A stretch of DNA of 64,000 nt from Thalia democratica (GCA_965202585.1 OZ241828.1:61628001-61692000); one strand, 5' to 3'. Counted from the stretch's first letter, positions 1-12,293 are shown. Program-made: numbers and translations. Notes: a model not told the origin generated them from the sequence alone.

Positions 1-179
1 ATTATACCCAACTAAACAAATTTAAAAAATTTAAAATTTTGAGTTTTCCAAAAATATTTTTAACCTCAATAGATTAATCCCCTACCAACTACAACGGTTG
101 TTTTCATAACCTACTTAATACTTCCAACTACATGTGGGGTTATGCAAACTATAACTCATCACAATTACCCAGCAAAAAT

Positions 180-360
180 CACTTCACAGTGACGTCACAA
201 TTGATCGGGTTCGCGCACGCGCTTGTAATTAATAGTTAGCAGAGCATACACTTATTATTTCCGCTCTGCCCTGCAGATTAACTGATTAGCTGATTGTTTG
301 AACAGCACACTCGCGCTTACTCGAGGTCGTTGACCCCTGACGCCATGTTGTTTTAATTAG
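180..360. promoter_or_regulatory. GC-richer intronic island (CRE, IR1-like nuclear receptor site, possible internal start exon)
   Basis: TGACGTCA at 190-197, CGCGCACGCG, AGGTCG-T-TGACCC at 324-336. GC and CpG clearly above the flanking intron. Confidence 0.4.
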
Positions 361-1889
361 AGTTTGTTGACCTTTTGATTTGTGTGAGTTTGTTGGGGTC
401 TAGTTTATTGATTTGCATTTTTTTTTGTAACAAAAAGTGTTGCATCATACTCTAATTTTCAATGTCCAAGCTTGATATCATTAAATAACTTCCTTAAAAA
501 CTCATCGAAAAAACTTTTTTTTTAGATTTAGGTTAAACTACTCACTCTTCTTAAAGACTTCTTAGTATTTTAATCTTAAGGACCTATTAAACACCTATAT
601 TTAAAAATACCAACATAAATAAAAACTCCTTTTCTTTTCATAAGTACTGAGCTTTATTTATCACTCTATTAAAAGGAATAAAAGAAAAATGTTTGACATT
701 TGAAATTACTTTAGTAGGGCGTCACTTACATTATAAATAGAAAAAGCTCGTAAATATTTTCATGTTTTAGATTTGTAAAACGTTTTTCAGAAATATTCAT
801 GACTCTCGATAATTGTTGTATTAATTAAATTCAAAATACAAACTTTTACTGGCGAAAAATTCTTAGTATACTTATAATTTAATAAAATACTCCTTAGAAA
901 GGACACAAAATATGTCATTGAAATTTTAATTTGAATTCAAGGCGTCATTTCAACTATTAATAGTAAATTCTTGCATGCTTCTTTTAAGTGCTTTTATTTT
1001 GACGTATCTTACAGGCGCCAACGGTATTTATTACGAATTTAAATATTATACCCGTGTCAGCGTTTTAATACGATATCCAATTTCTAAACAGTAAGACTTT
1101 TTATGTCAGCAAAAAAATTATGCTATAGTTAATAGTATAAACCGATATTGTACTACTAATGAAAAATTTTCTGTGAGCAAATATAGAAGCTTGACCTTTT
1201 CGAACAAAGTTTAAGTTATGAAAGGAATTTTCTAATTTGTAATAAGCAAGATTTAACACGTCATTGTAAATTAAATAATTCTAACTTTATGTTCTTTAAA
1301 TTTTTATTATTAAAAAAGTACATACTTGTCAAAGAGACCGACTAGTTTTGAAACGACACTAAACAGAAGCAAGGTATTTCTTTTTAGGTCTACTAACAAC
1401 TAAGATATCATACTTCAATGACTGCTGCTTTATTTATCAATTTAAACAGGTATTAATAAGTTAATTAAAATATTTCAAATTATGATCTAACTTCAACCGT
1501 ATGTTTTAACTTTTAACAAGCTCATAATAAACTTTGTCTTATCTATTGTCACTTATTAAAGTGCAGCTACTTTTATTATGAATGCCTCCTCTATCATTTT
1601 CTATAAAATCAACTTGACATATATAATTTTAAAAAACGAACTTTTTCCTAATTTTCCCAAATTTCCTGATTTGTAATTAACGTATTTAACTCAATACTGT
1701 AAATTACAAAATTCTAACTTTATGCTGTTTTACATTCATAAATACTAATAAGGTACTTATCTAACAGTTATATCAACAAATTTTTAAATGTTTCTTAGAA
1801 AAACGAACGTAGAAATATGTATTGTATTGTTTACTAACAATTAAGGTACTACTTGAACTATATAATTTCAAAAACTACTGAAAACGAAC

Positions 1890-2067
1890 TTTTTCTTGGA
1901 AATCTCCCACTTTTCGTCGAAGGGGACGTTGCAGATGGGCAGGTGTATGTTGGGGGTGCCGCTGAACAGCAGCTTCTGCCACAATTCGTCCCCAAACATC
2001 AGCCCCGGCGACTCGATGTGGTCCAGCGCCGGTATGCAGTCTGGGTTCTTGATGGGGGTGAGGCGGG
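1890..2067 (-). CDS. FGFR: FGFR juxtamembrane exon (PRLTPIKNPDCIPALDHIESPGLMFGDELWQKLLFSGTPNIHLPICNVPFDEKWEISKK); kinase exons expected left of the window
   Basis: 178 nt, phase 1-2, cag| acceptor, AA|GTTCGT donor. P-x-D-x-x-WE motif matches FGFR LPEDPRWELPR, which in FGFRs precedes the kinase domain. Confidence 0.9.
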
Positions 2068-2214
2068 CTGTTGGGAAATATTTTTATATTTGTTTGTTTT
2101 ATAGCTTATGTAAGTAATAATTATAACTTTTTTTCAATAATAAAAATAATATTATAGGAAGAATACTAATTAGTGTTTTAGTGATAATATTAAAAATAAT
2201 GTTTTATTACTTAC

Positions 2215-2239
2215 GGATTCTTGATGGGGGTGAGGCGGG
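2215..2239 (-). CDS. FGFR: Candidate duplicated juxtamembrane microexon, 25 nt (P-RLTPIKN-P)
   Basis: Copy of the start of the juxtamembrane exon, with the same cccaacag| acceptor and a perfect |GTAAGT donor. Phase 1-2, like the full exon. Confidence 0.5.
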
Positions 2240-4599
2240 CTGTTGGGAATTGTTTAAATTTTTTTATTTATTTGTTTTATAACTTAGGTAAGTTATAATT
2301 ATAATTTTTTGCGGATTGGACGAGAGATACAACATTCGATATTAAAAATAAGTTTATAGGAGAAATACTAATTAGTGTTTTAGTGATAACATTTAAAATA
2401 GTATATAAATCTTATCTTAGTTAAAACTATAGTTTTTTATGGAATTTTTAAGATATACAACTTTCAGTATTAGGAAAAGTTTATATTTTATTATTGTCAG
2501 CTAGCAGTTTGCTATAAGCTAAACAAAGTTCAAATTAAATTTAGCTTTTACTATATGATTAGATGACATCTACTTGTCAAAGCTTTAAAAATTAAGCTTA
2601 TAGTTTTTTGATTTAAAGGAATGTTTGACTTTTATACTAATTAAAACAGTTTTAGTCTAACATAAACATTTATGAATGCTTTTAAGTTTTTTAACTGAAC
2701 ATTAAAAAGCGTGTAATTCTTTGGTATGTAAAAATAACTTACAACGCTTTGATATGGTGGAAATCAAATAATAAATTTACAAACAAAAACAATCTAATTA
2801 CCTTGAGCTAATTTAATCCCGGTCGACACAAAAAGTACATAAAAACTGCACTGTTACCAAAGGTGAAGTTTTAAACTACAAGAAAAAATACAAAGTTCGT
2901 TGACAGACGTATTAAAGTTTACAAGTATTAAACAGATTTGAAAAAAGTTGTCTTTCATGTTAAGACATTGAGACATTAGCAAAAATCCTGTTGAACTTTA
3001 AAGAGAGGTATTAATATTTGTAAAGTTCAACGCTGAAGCACGAAATAAAAATTGATGTACTTGAATTATTTTACACGAGTTTCTTGTTGTGGAAACATAA
3101 AATACAAAACAGCTTGGGTTTGAGAACGTTTCTGTTGCTATAATATTGTGTTGTGCGTAAAATAAAGCACAGTTGTCTTTATGTTAAAAATAAATAGATA
3201 CGCTTATTTAACTGTTAAAAGTTCTTTACAAGAGCACATATTCGATTATAAGAGACAGAAAAAATGCTTTGAAAAAATCAAAGAAACTGTATTTTCTAAG
3301 TGTTCATAAAAGTAATAGAATTGTAAAAGCGTAAAACATTAGAAAAAACAATATTTTTTAATAAATATAATGTACAACAGTTTAAAAAAAAACTAGAGTC
3401 TAAGTGAGAATGAAAATCAAAAAAGGAATTAAATTTATAGTGAATATTTGTATGGTAATTTAACAATTAATTAATGGGTAATTAATGGGTAATTTAACAA
3501 ACCCAGCAAATAACAAAGTTTACTTCAGATTAAAAGCTAAATAAAAAAGAACGAATTCCGGGGAAATAATTACAAAGTTCACAGGAGAGCGTTGAAACTA
3601 TTTATTGCGACATTGGATGCGTACATGCGACGAAATTACGTTCCTGGAAAAAATTCACCAGAAACAAACCAACGTAACCCGCACATAACGCGAACATTAT
3701 CACTTAATTTCACACCGAACTTGCTGTGAATAATCGGAAATATTTTTTAATATGTACGGATATGTGGCAAGGTAGGAAAATATTCAGATGTTGAAATCAT
3801 GTTTGAACTTATAGAGTAAACGACTTGGTTGGTTTTACTTACTTGCTAAAAGTAAACAGGAAATTAAGCTAGAATATAAGAATTATAATAAAGAAAACTA
3901 AGTAAAAAAAATTTAATGTAGATTTACTAAAAGTATACAAGATGTCGTTTCCTAAAACTACTTAAAGATTATAAAACAAAAAAAAACAAAATACTTGAGA
4001 ATAGTAAATAAGAAAATTTCATAGGATGATACAACATATACGTTTTTAGAATGAAATTTTACAAAAAATAAGAGAAATTGTTCACCATATATAAAAAGAA
4101 TAGTTTGATAAAGAAAAAGATTGTATACAAACAGAAAAACAAAGATTATTGAAAACAGGAAATTTGAGTTACATAAATAAAACCTTTGTAGAAAATTCCC
4201 ATGAAAAAAGCTAAAAATAAATGTTTTCAAAAGAAAAGATAAAGGTGTTGCAATAAATAATGGAATTTAATTTCATTGATAAGAATTTCCACCGGAAAAA
4301 ACAAATACGTGTTTCACATAAGTGGCTTCACCATAGCAACATAAATGTAATTGGGTCATTTATTTTATCTTTGTAGATAACAATAAAACATGTGAAATTA
4401 CAAAAAATTGCAATACATAATTTCAATACAACATTATTAGCGGTATTTATATATTTATTCAATGTCTACTTACAAATTAAGTTCTATGAACAAAAAAGAA
4501 ATAATAAATTTAAAAACATGTCAAAAAAAACAACTAAAACAATTGTAAGAATAACTATCAACAAATATTAAGAAAACAATGAACAAATTTACAAATAGT

Positions 4600-5100
4600 T
4601 ATAACAAGCATCAACTTATTAGAACTATATATAAATATATATAAACTAATAAACAAAACAAAAAATACAACAACACAAATATGGGTATAGGCACTGCAAT
4701 AATCAAGAGTATGTACTAATAAAAATGACAAGATATATAAACATTCAGTACAGAAACAATATACATAATATATTAAACATAAAATCATAAAGACTAATTG
4801 TGAAGTCTACAAGGCATCAACTTATTATAACTGTAATCATATTTAAGAAACAAGGTATGAAAAATAATAAAAGATAGATATCAATAACATGACAAGATAT
4901 ATAAACAAGCAAAACAAAAATAATAAACAACATAAATAACAACATCAACAAATAGTAAATACAAATGGTTGAGTCTACTAAGCATTAACTTTTAACAAGT
5001 ATTTATATACATAAAGTATAAACGTATACTTTAGAAAAGAAACAAAATGTAATCTATGTAATAAACAAGCAAAAAATAATAACAATAACAAGATATATAT
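4600..5100. repeat. Degenerate tandem repeat, ~170-200 bp period
   Basis: Recurring ACAAG(G)CATCAACTTATT (~4604, ~4809) and ACAAGATATATA (~4728, ~4890, ~5087). Confidence 0.5.
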
Positions 5101-5169
5101 CCAATCGAAACGTAAACAAACAACCTAAAAAATAATAAAAAGTGACAAAATGTTTTGACAATAAATCAA

Positions 5170-5330
5170 ACTACATCCGGGTTTCACTTGTCATCAGTTT
5201 GCAGCTGCAAACTGTGACGTCACAGGAAACTACTTTTTCACTTTAGGGTTTTTCCCACGATTGAAAATAAATTACCGTTGACCGGAATTAAAAACGGAAG
5301 CAGTTACCCTGAAAACAACGATTAAATTGG
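5170..5330. promoter_or_regulatory. Candidate intronic enhancer (ETS + E-box palindrome + CRE)
   Basis: ACATCCGG at 5173-5180, perfect 20-bp palindrome at 5195-5214, TGACGTCA at 5215-5222, then CAGGAAA. Confidence 0.45.
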
Positions 5331-6199
5331 GATTTTCCCTAGAAACGAATCGTTGCTAAGCATTATAGTTTGTTGCTAGGTATGATTAAAGTATTAAGGT
5401 TTTGCATTAATCTTTTTAGTGTGCAGATTTCCTACTTAAACTAATTAATTAAAGAGATAACTTAAATTAAATTCCCTTTTATTAATTGACATAGCTTCTT
5501 TTCTTTCATTTTAATCTTTTAAAAATCAAATTTACTTTTCAAATGTGCATTAATTGAGTATTTGTTTTATTAGAATAAAAATGCATTTGTTGGCTGCAAA
5601 AACTACAGACTTCTTGCTTTATCATAATTTAATTAATATTATTATTTTAATTTAAATAATATTAAATAATTAAATATCACAAGAAAACCTTTTTAAACTG
5701 TTAACTTAAATAAGGTTTTTTTCTCTGCTAACTCATCACAGAGGTTCCTAAAACAAACTTGATAGTTGTTAAATTTTTACACTTGAACTATTTGAAACCT
5801 TTTTAAACGATTAGATTGTGTTATTGAGGAACTATAACCATCTATAATTTTATTATCATACTTTTTTTTTTGCTTTTTCTTATTCTACTTTCATTTTAAA
5901 ACTGCAATTTGACCCTAAAATACAATAACTAAGCATTTCAATCTATAACTCTTGAAATAAAATATTAAATGAACAACTACAATAAACAACAGACACTGAC
6001 AACGGAATGATTTTTCATGCGAAATTTTTTATTCAAACAGAAAAAAATAAAAATTAACATCAAAAAACAGAAAATAAAAAGTCTTTGGTTGAAACAGAAA
6101 TGACAAAAAATGAAATATAAAAACATTTGAATTAAAAAGTTTTTGGAATCTTTTAAAGTTCTTGAATGTTCCAATTGGAAAAAAATCGAATTATTTCAA

Positions 6200-6420
6200 T
6201 GATGACGTCACAAACAATCCTCATCACAGTCTGACGTCATAGTTATCCAAGAATGAAAAAATCCCCGGATCTGAATTCATTTCGGCGGGAAATCCGTCAA
6301 CTCGTTGATTGTGACGTCACACGAGAAATTCCTCTGACGTCGTGGAAGCCTCCGAACTGCGGAACGACGTCATCGATACCGCGTCATGGTTCTTTATGAT
6401 GTCATTTTGCTTCATAGCCG
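6200..6420. promoter_or_regulatory. CRE/ETS-dense island
   Basis: Perfect TGACGTCA at 6203, 6232 and 6312, plus near-matches (TGACGTCG, CGACGTCA, TGATGTCA) and CCGGAT/CGGAA cores. Confidence 0.45.
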
Positions 6421-8125
6421 TTTTCATGAGGAGAATTTTTCTTTCAACTGATTATCGGAAATTTTGAAAAATATATAAATTAGAAAATCAAACAAGATTT
6501 ATTTTAATTGAAAACTTGTATTTAATCTTAAATTTTATTAATTCAGAGACTAACGAAAAATGTTTAAAAAAAGATAAAATAAAATAAATTTTAGTTAAAT
6601 ACTTTACGACTTGCACAAAACTGATTCACTAACAGAATCAAGAAACACTTGAAGGATGAATAGTAAACACATAAAAATACTCAAAATTTAAGCATAACCT
6701 GCAACAAGTTTATCTGTTTTTCTTTAATCATTAAATCTTCAACATTTTTATAAAAGCGTAAAACTTAACCTTTTAATTTTGCATAACATTCAATTTTAAT
6801 TGTATGATTAAAATTTAACAAACAACAAACTTTTTGTGATTACAAAACAACAATGGACAAACGTAATTGGTATGAGAAATTGAAATTTAATTACAAACTA
6901 CGCCGGTGTCTTTAATTACCATTTAATTAATCATCTTGTTTAAAAAATTTAAGCCCGCAGTAATTTTGAATAATTGCTGAAAAAACAAAATAATTAGATT
7001 AATTAATTCAAGCGTTGTTCTTGAAATCTTTAAATCGAACTTATAATACTTTTTGTATTTTTGACATTGAAGTTAAAAAAGTATAATAACAACTATAAAT
7101 TCATATATCCAGAATATTACACCACTCATTTGTCTAAGAAGTGGCCTTTTTTATCAAAAAATGTTAAAAATAGATCAAATGAGATCATTGACATTTTAAA
7201 AGTTGAAAATTTTCCTGTGATCTTTATTTTAGTAAATAAAACATCAATAATAATGTCTTAATTTAAATTAGTGGTCTTTTTAATATCACGTTAATGAAGT
7301 AATTTCTTTTGTGGATAGAAGACTTATTATTAAAAATAAAAAGTTTGATGTTAAATTGAGAAGTGTTAAACTTGCATAAACTTGATAAATTCTAACAAGG
7401 TCAACAAGAACAATGCTTTATTGACAAACAATTAAGTAAATTTTTATTGTCTCAGACTACAATGGGATAATTTATTGAATTAAATTATTTCATTAACCAA
7501 TTTCCCATGAACACATCGAATAATGAGATTTATTAAACTTCTTTTATGTGTACATAAGTTATAAAAGTCTATAATATTAATAAATTATATTTAATGATAA
7601 AATAGATATGATCTTAATAAAATAAATCATCATCACAAAAGTTCTTTGATCTTTATTGTTATAATAATATCTCTAATTTAAGTTATAAATATCATATATA
7701 ACATATATAATGAACAATATATTATACTTATTGACGTAACTTATTATTGAGATACAATATAATGTTTGTATAATCGATTATTTAAACTACATTTAGAATG
7801 AGTGTGGCTAATTTTAAGCCAAGCTTTAAAAATAAATATTACGTTATTTTAACATCTCCTTTTTGTATTTGAAGGAATGCTATCATTTTAATTATATTTC
7901 TATATACCATTAAGGATTTAAAAAAATTTATAAGTTACATTAAAAAAATTTACTATCTTACTTTTATTTAATTTCTATTTAAGAAAATTCATTGTAAAAG
8001 AGCCCTAAAAAAATTAGTTAATTTTCTGTGTATTTTACAACTAGTCAGTTACTCTAGATTTAAACACTTGAAAACGTTAACCAACTACCTAAACCATATG
8101 TTTTCTACAAACAAACGAAACTAAC

Positions 8126-8272
8126 GAGTTGCGTTCCTGTGTCTGAGGTGGCAGAACACGGCGTTGAGTATGAGCAAGCCGATGCAGACGGGAACGCCGA
8201 TCAGTATCAACCAGATGTAGTTTATCTGCAGCCCTCCCTCAATCCCCGGGTTCTGGTTCGGTGGCGGGCGCT
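8126..8272 (-). CDS. FGFR: FGFR transmembrane exon (ERPPPNQNPGIEGGLQINYIWLILIGVPVCIGLLILNAVFCHLRHRNAT)
   Basis: 147 nt, phase 1-1, cag| acceptor, C|GTTAGT donor. About 23 hydrophobic residues followed by a basic stop-transfer sequence (LRHR). Confidence 0.9.
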
Positions 8273-10275
8273 CTGTTTGTTTGTTTATTTATTTTAATTC
8301 TAGTTATATTTGTTGAATTTTAAACGAACGGGTAAATCTTCATACAGCAGGTCTTAAATCTTTCAGTTAGTGAATTATCTTTTAAAGAGTATTTTGAAAG
8401 ATTTTTATAAACTTTAAGTTATTTTGAAAATATATATGGGTTTGGATATACCAACTATGTTTACACTTATAATTCTGGGATGTGTTATTTAAAAAATAGG
8501 TTTAGATTTAATAAAACTTTTGTTTTTTGAGTTATAAGAAACCCATACTAATTTCTAGCAATTTTAGTTATGTTGACGCAAAAACACTTGAACATTAAAT
8601 TTTATTGATTAATCGGTTTTTAAACACTTTTTTTTTTGTTTAAATATTAAAAACAGGAAGTGTAAGCTTTTAAAACCATATCACACAACAAAATATTGAT
8701 GATTCAAACAAAGTTGGTTAGAAATCCTTAAAATTCGACATAAAACTTATCGTTGTATTTGATACAAAATATGTTGGGTTTACACCTAAACAGTTTTCTA
8801 ATGGCCTTTTAACAGTAAAAATTGTAACTTAAAATTGTAATTTCGATAGCCAAAACAAGACTCAGGGGTAAAATAATGTCTTTATTATTTGATGCTAAAC
8901 AAAACTTAAATTTGAAAATCTTATGAATCAAAACAAATAGACATTACCAATCGTTTTAGTTTAAAATAAGTAAGTGGGAGTAAAATACTTTTGACTAAAT
9001 ACAAAACATACCAGAGTACAACTGCTTTGTGTTTTTGCAAATTAATCAACTTCGACAATTAATGCAATTTAGAGAGGGTGTGACCAAAAGGTCGTAGCAA
9101 AAACAACAATTAGAGTAAAAGGTCAACAATTATGTTGTATAAACGACAAAATTATGTTCTTTAGTGCACTGATACACATTATTTATTGGTGTAATCATGT
9201 TTTTATTACAAGGAATTGACTGTTGATCCCAATAAATCATTCCGAGTGTTTAATTTTGTAATTTAGTTGTAAAAATGACAAAACTATGTGTTATGGCTTT
9301 ATAAAAACACAATAATGTTGTAAAAAGACAAAATTTCCCATTAACGTTATTTAAATGTTGTAAAGTTGTTTTTACACAACTGCTATTATGTTGTTTTCCA
9401 ATAAATCATTTTGAATTATTTTAACGGCCCTTGTTTAATTGAACTAACCCCTTATAATACAGGAACAAACAACAAGTACAATGTTGCATTTGTCTTAATT
9501 AGTGTGTTTAGGCTGGATAATAGCTTCAATTTATCATAAGGTTTTTATGATTACAAATGCTTAGTTTGCTGACAGGTTTTGTCAGACTGTTTCTATAACA
9601 AAACCACACTTTAACATTTTCTTGTATTTAACACTTCAGATGATTAATGATTAATTATACTTTGTATCAGTTAGGTACTCTTACAAACTTATTTAAGCAT
9701 TTTATTTTAAATAAAAAGATTTAAGACTGCTGTATACAAGTTTTAATTAAGAAGAGTTGTAATAATACTTAACAAGTTTTTATAAATAATTTAGTATAAA
9801 GCCACCAATCACAAAATGATTAACACCAGAAAATTAATCACCAAAAAAAGTAGATGCAAATTAAGTTAGATGAAATATTTCTACTGAATCAAGAACCACT
9901 GAAACTTTTGTGTATCTGATTTTACACTGATGATTTGAACTGCTATAACAACGAGTTCAAAAAGTCAAAGTTTATCTATAACTTTAGCCAATTTAAATAA
10001 TAATTATTCGATAGAATTATGCTTATAAAGAGTAAAATTTCTTTTAATGTAGCCCTTTATACCAAAGTTTTACTCTGTTTTATTCAAAATGATAAAAAAC
10101 CTTTAAACTGAAACATAACCTATATTAAATACCTAAAAAATTCCCATAAAACCCATGACCTTAAATGATTCAACTTGCTTATATCTTAAAAAAAATCAAA
10201 TTTTCTCAGATTTATTTCCAAAAAATTCAATAAGTTATTCAGTTTCAGCGGTTCACAACTCCCTACTGATATTAC

Positions 10276-10417
10276 CTCTGACGTAAACCCTGGCAACTAT
10301 CTCGTTGGAGCCGATCGAGTTGCCAGCGTTGCAAGCGTACTTGCCCTCATCTTCCATCGTCACGTTGTTCAGTTCCAACTGCTGCAAGTCCTTGTCGGTC
10401 GAGTTCAGCCCCGCTTT
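10276..10417 (-). CDS. FGFR: FGFR IgIII second-half exon b2, IIIc-like ([47 protein letters not shown])
   Basis: Close to vertebrate IIIc (AGVNTTDKE..L.L.NV..EDAGEYTCLAGNSIG). 142 nt, phase 0-1, tag| acceptor, G|GTAATA donor. Not in the ORF track because it has no start codon. Confidence 0.93.
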
Positions 10418-12151
10418 CTATTGTGACGTAATAAACACCTCGGTTAGTCACATGCATTGTATTATTACACCAGTTTTTATTTAAATTTACACCAATTATT
10501 TATTTATTTACACCAACTTATGTTTAGATTTATTTAAAAGGTATCACCAGTAAAAGCTAAGCTATAATAAGTTCAGCACCAATCTAAAAGTTTTGCTAAT
10601 AAATTTAAATATGCTACAGTAGCTAAGTTCACCAACATAACTATTTAATGCTAAAGCCACCAAGAAAAAGAAGCAAAAATTAATAAGCATAAAACACCAG
10701 AAAAAAGTAAAAAAGCGCAGTAAGTAAAAAGGATAAATTGTTAAAATATACTACCACCAAAAAATTGAAGTAAAATTTAAAAATATCTAAAACAATTGTG
10801 GGTAAAAGATTTGTTTACTATGAAAAAACTACATTAAGTTATTTCAAATCTCAGTTATTTTTGCCAACAAAACTTTAAACAAAGCAATTTAATAAATTCT
10901 CGTGTTATACAACAATTTGCAGATAAAAACAACCGCTGCTTCCGAAAGTTGATAGAAAATTGCGGATATTAAGATAAGAGGAATTTACAAAATGAAATTG
11001 CTCGCTTTTTTATACTTTCAAAATGCTGCTTATTAAGTTATACGGGTTTAAGTTTGAAGGAATTTTCAGCTTCTCATGTGTGTATTAAGTATTTTGCGTA
11101 CTTTAAGAGCATTAACTTTTATTGCTCTTGTGTATTAAGTTCAATACTTAAATATAAGAGCACATCTTGAATATTTTGAGTTTCTTATTTCATTTATTGT
11201 AAGACTTTTTTAAATTGCAACAAAAGTTATTTGAGGACAACCATAAAGACTTTAAAAGAACGTTTAAAAATTTTTCATAGTCAAAAGCTTATACTGTTCT
11301 TTTTTAACCTTTATATAACCATTTTATGTAAGTTTTTGCAACGCATTGTAAATACACAATTTCAAAAAGGTAACACTAAAGCAGATTAAACTTTGAGACT
11401 TCAAACCTTTTTGTGCAAGAAAAAACAGCATTGTTTTCAATAAAACTTTGTGCTTTGCAATTTGAGTTTTCTTTAACAAAACTATAATAAACAGCATTTA
11501 AAACAAAGCAAACAATTTTAGTCATGCAAAAAAAAAATTAACATTTTTTCAACATGGTTATTTTAAATTGGATGTTTAATATGAAATTTTGAGATTAAAT
11601 ACTTTAAAAAGTGTAAACAAAGCTTTGTAAAACTTTTGCACGGAATACAAGTAGAAATTTGGGGAAACCAAATTTTTATTTGAGATGAGATTTAGATAAA
11701 AAGCACGCTAAGCATTTAAATCCACCAAAAATATTTAAAAACTACAAAAAGCCACCATAAGTTAAAAAACACCACGCTACTTCTACATATATTAGAAAAA
11801 TTAATTGTTTTTAATGTTAGTTTGCCACCAGTGCTTTCATTTTCTTTTTCTTCTTTTTTCCAACATGCTTCAGTTTTGCTCGACAATTTATCAGGTTTTT
11901 CAGAAATATTTACATAAAAACTAAATTAAGAGTTACTTAAAATTAATATAAAACGATCTCGTTAGATAACATGCTTAAAATTTTGCCACCCAATCTTCTC
12001 GAAAACTTTTTTATTTATAAAGAAACGCGTGATTAGCCACCGAGTTACTTCTTGAATCTGAGTGTTAATTTATATATGAAAGCCACCATGTTCATCCTAG
12101 GAGAGGATTTTCACCAGGATTAGTTTTCAATTTTTGCCACCACATTCGCAC
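10418..12151 (-). promoter_or_regulatory. Intronic splicing-regulatory region between b1 and b2 (UGGUG clusters, UGCAUG)
   Basis: 16 CACCA on + (UGGUG in the pre-mRNA), clustered at 10468-10759 and 11723-12142. CATGCA at 10451 and 11523. Confidence 0.7.
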
Positions 12152-12293
12152 CTAACACGGTGATGGTGAAGTAGTGGTCCCGCCTCCCGTTCTTGTTGTG
12201 GGCGGTGACCGCGTACAGCCCCGTGTCTTCCAAGGTGGCGTTCACGATCGTCAGGCTCATCATGTCGCGCGTGGGCAGCATCAGGTCGAAGTC
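12152..12293 (-). CDS. FGFR: Alternative IgIII second-half exon b1, lacking the F-strand Cys (DFDLMLPTRDMMSLTIVNATLEDTGLYAVTAHNKNGRRDHYFTITVL)
   Basis: 142 nt, phase 0-1, cag| acceptor, G|GTGCGA donor. Aligns without gaps to b2 (14/47 identical). Confidence 0.82.

Noticed and set aside
1853-2117. Plus-strand ORFs 1853-2104 and 1896-2117
   Set aside because: Antisense shadows of the GC-rich minus-strand juxtamembrane exon, whose frame gives the FGFR WE motif with valid splice sites.
12120-12151. b1 read-through (GANVVAKIEN-stop) as a secreted isoform with AATAAA at ~12010
   Set aside because: AATAAA is ubiquitous at this AT content and b1 has a usable donor; no independent support.
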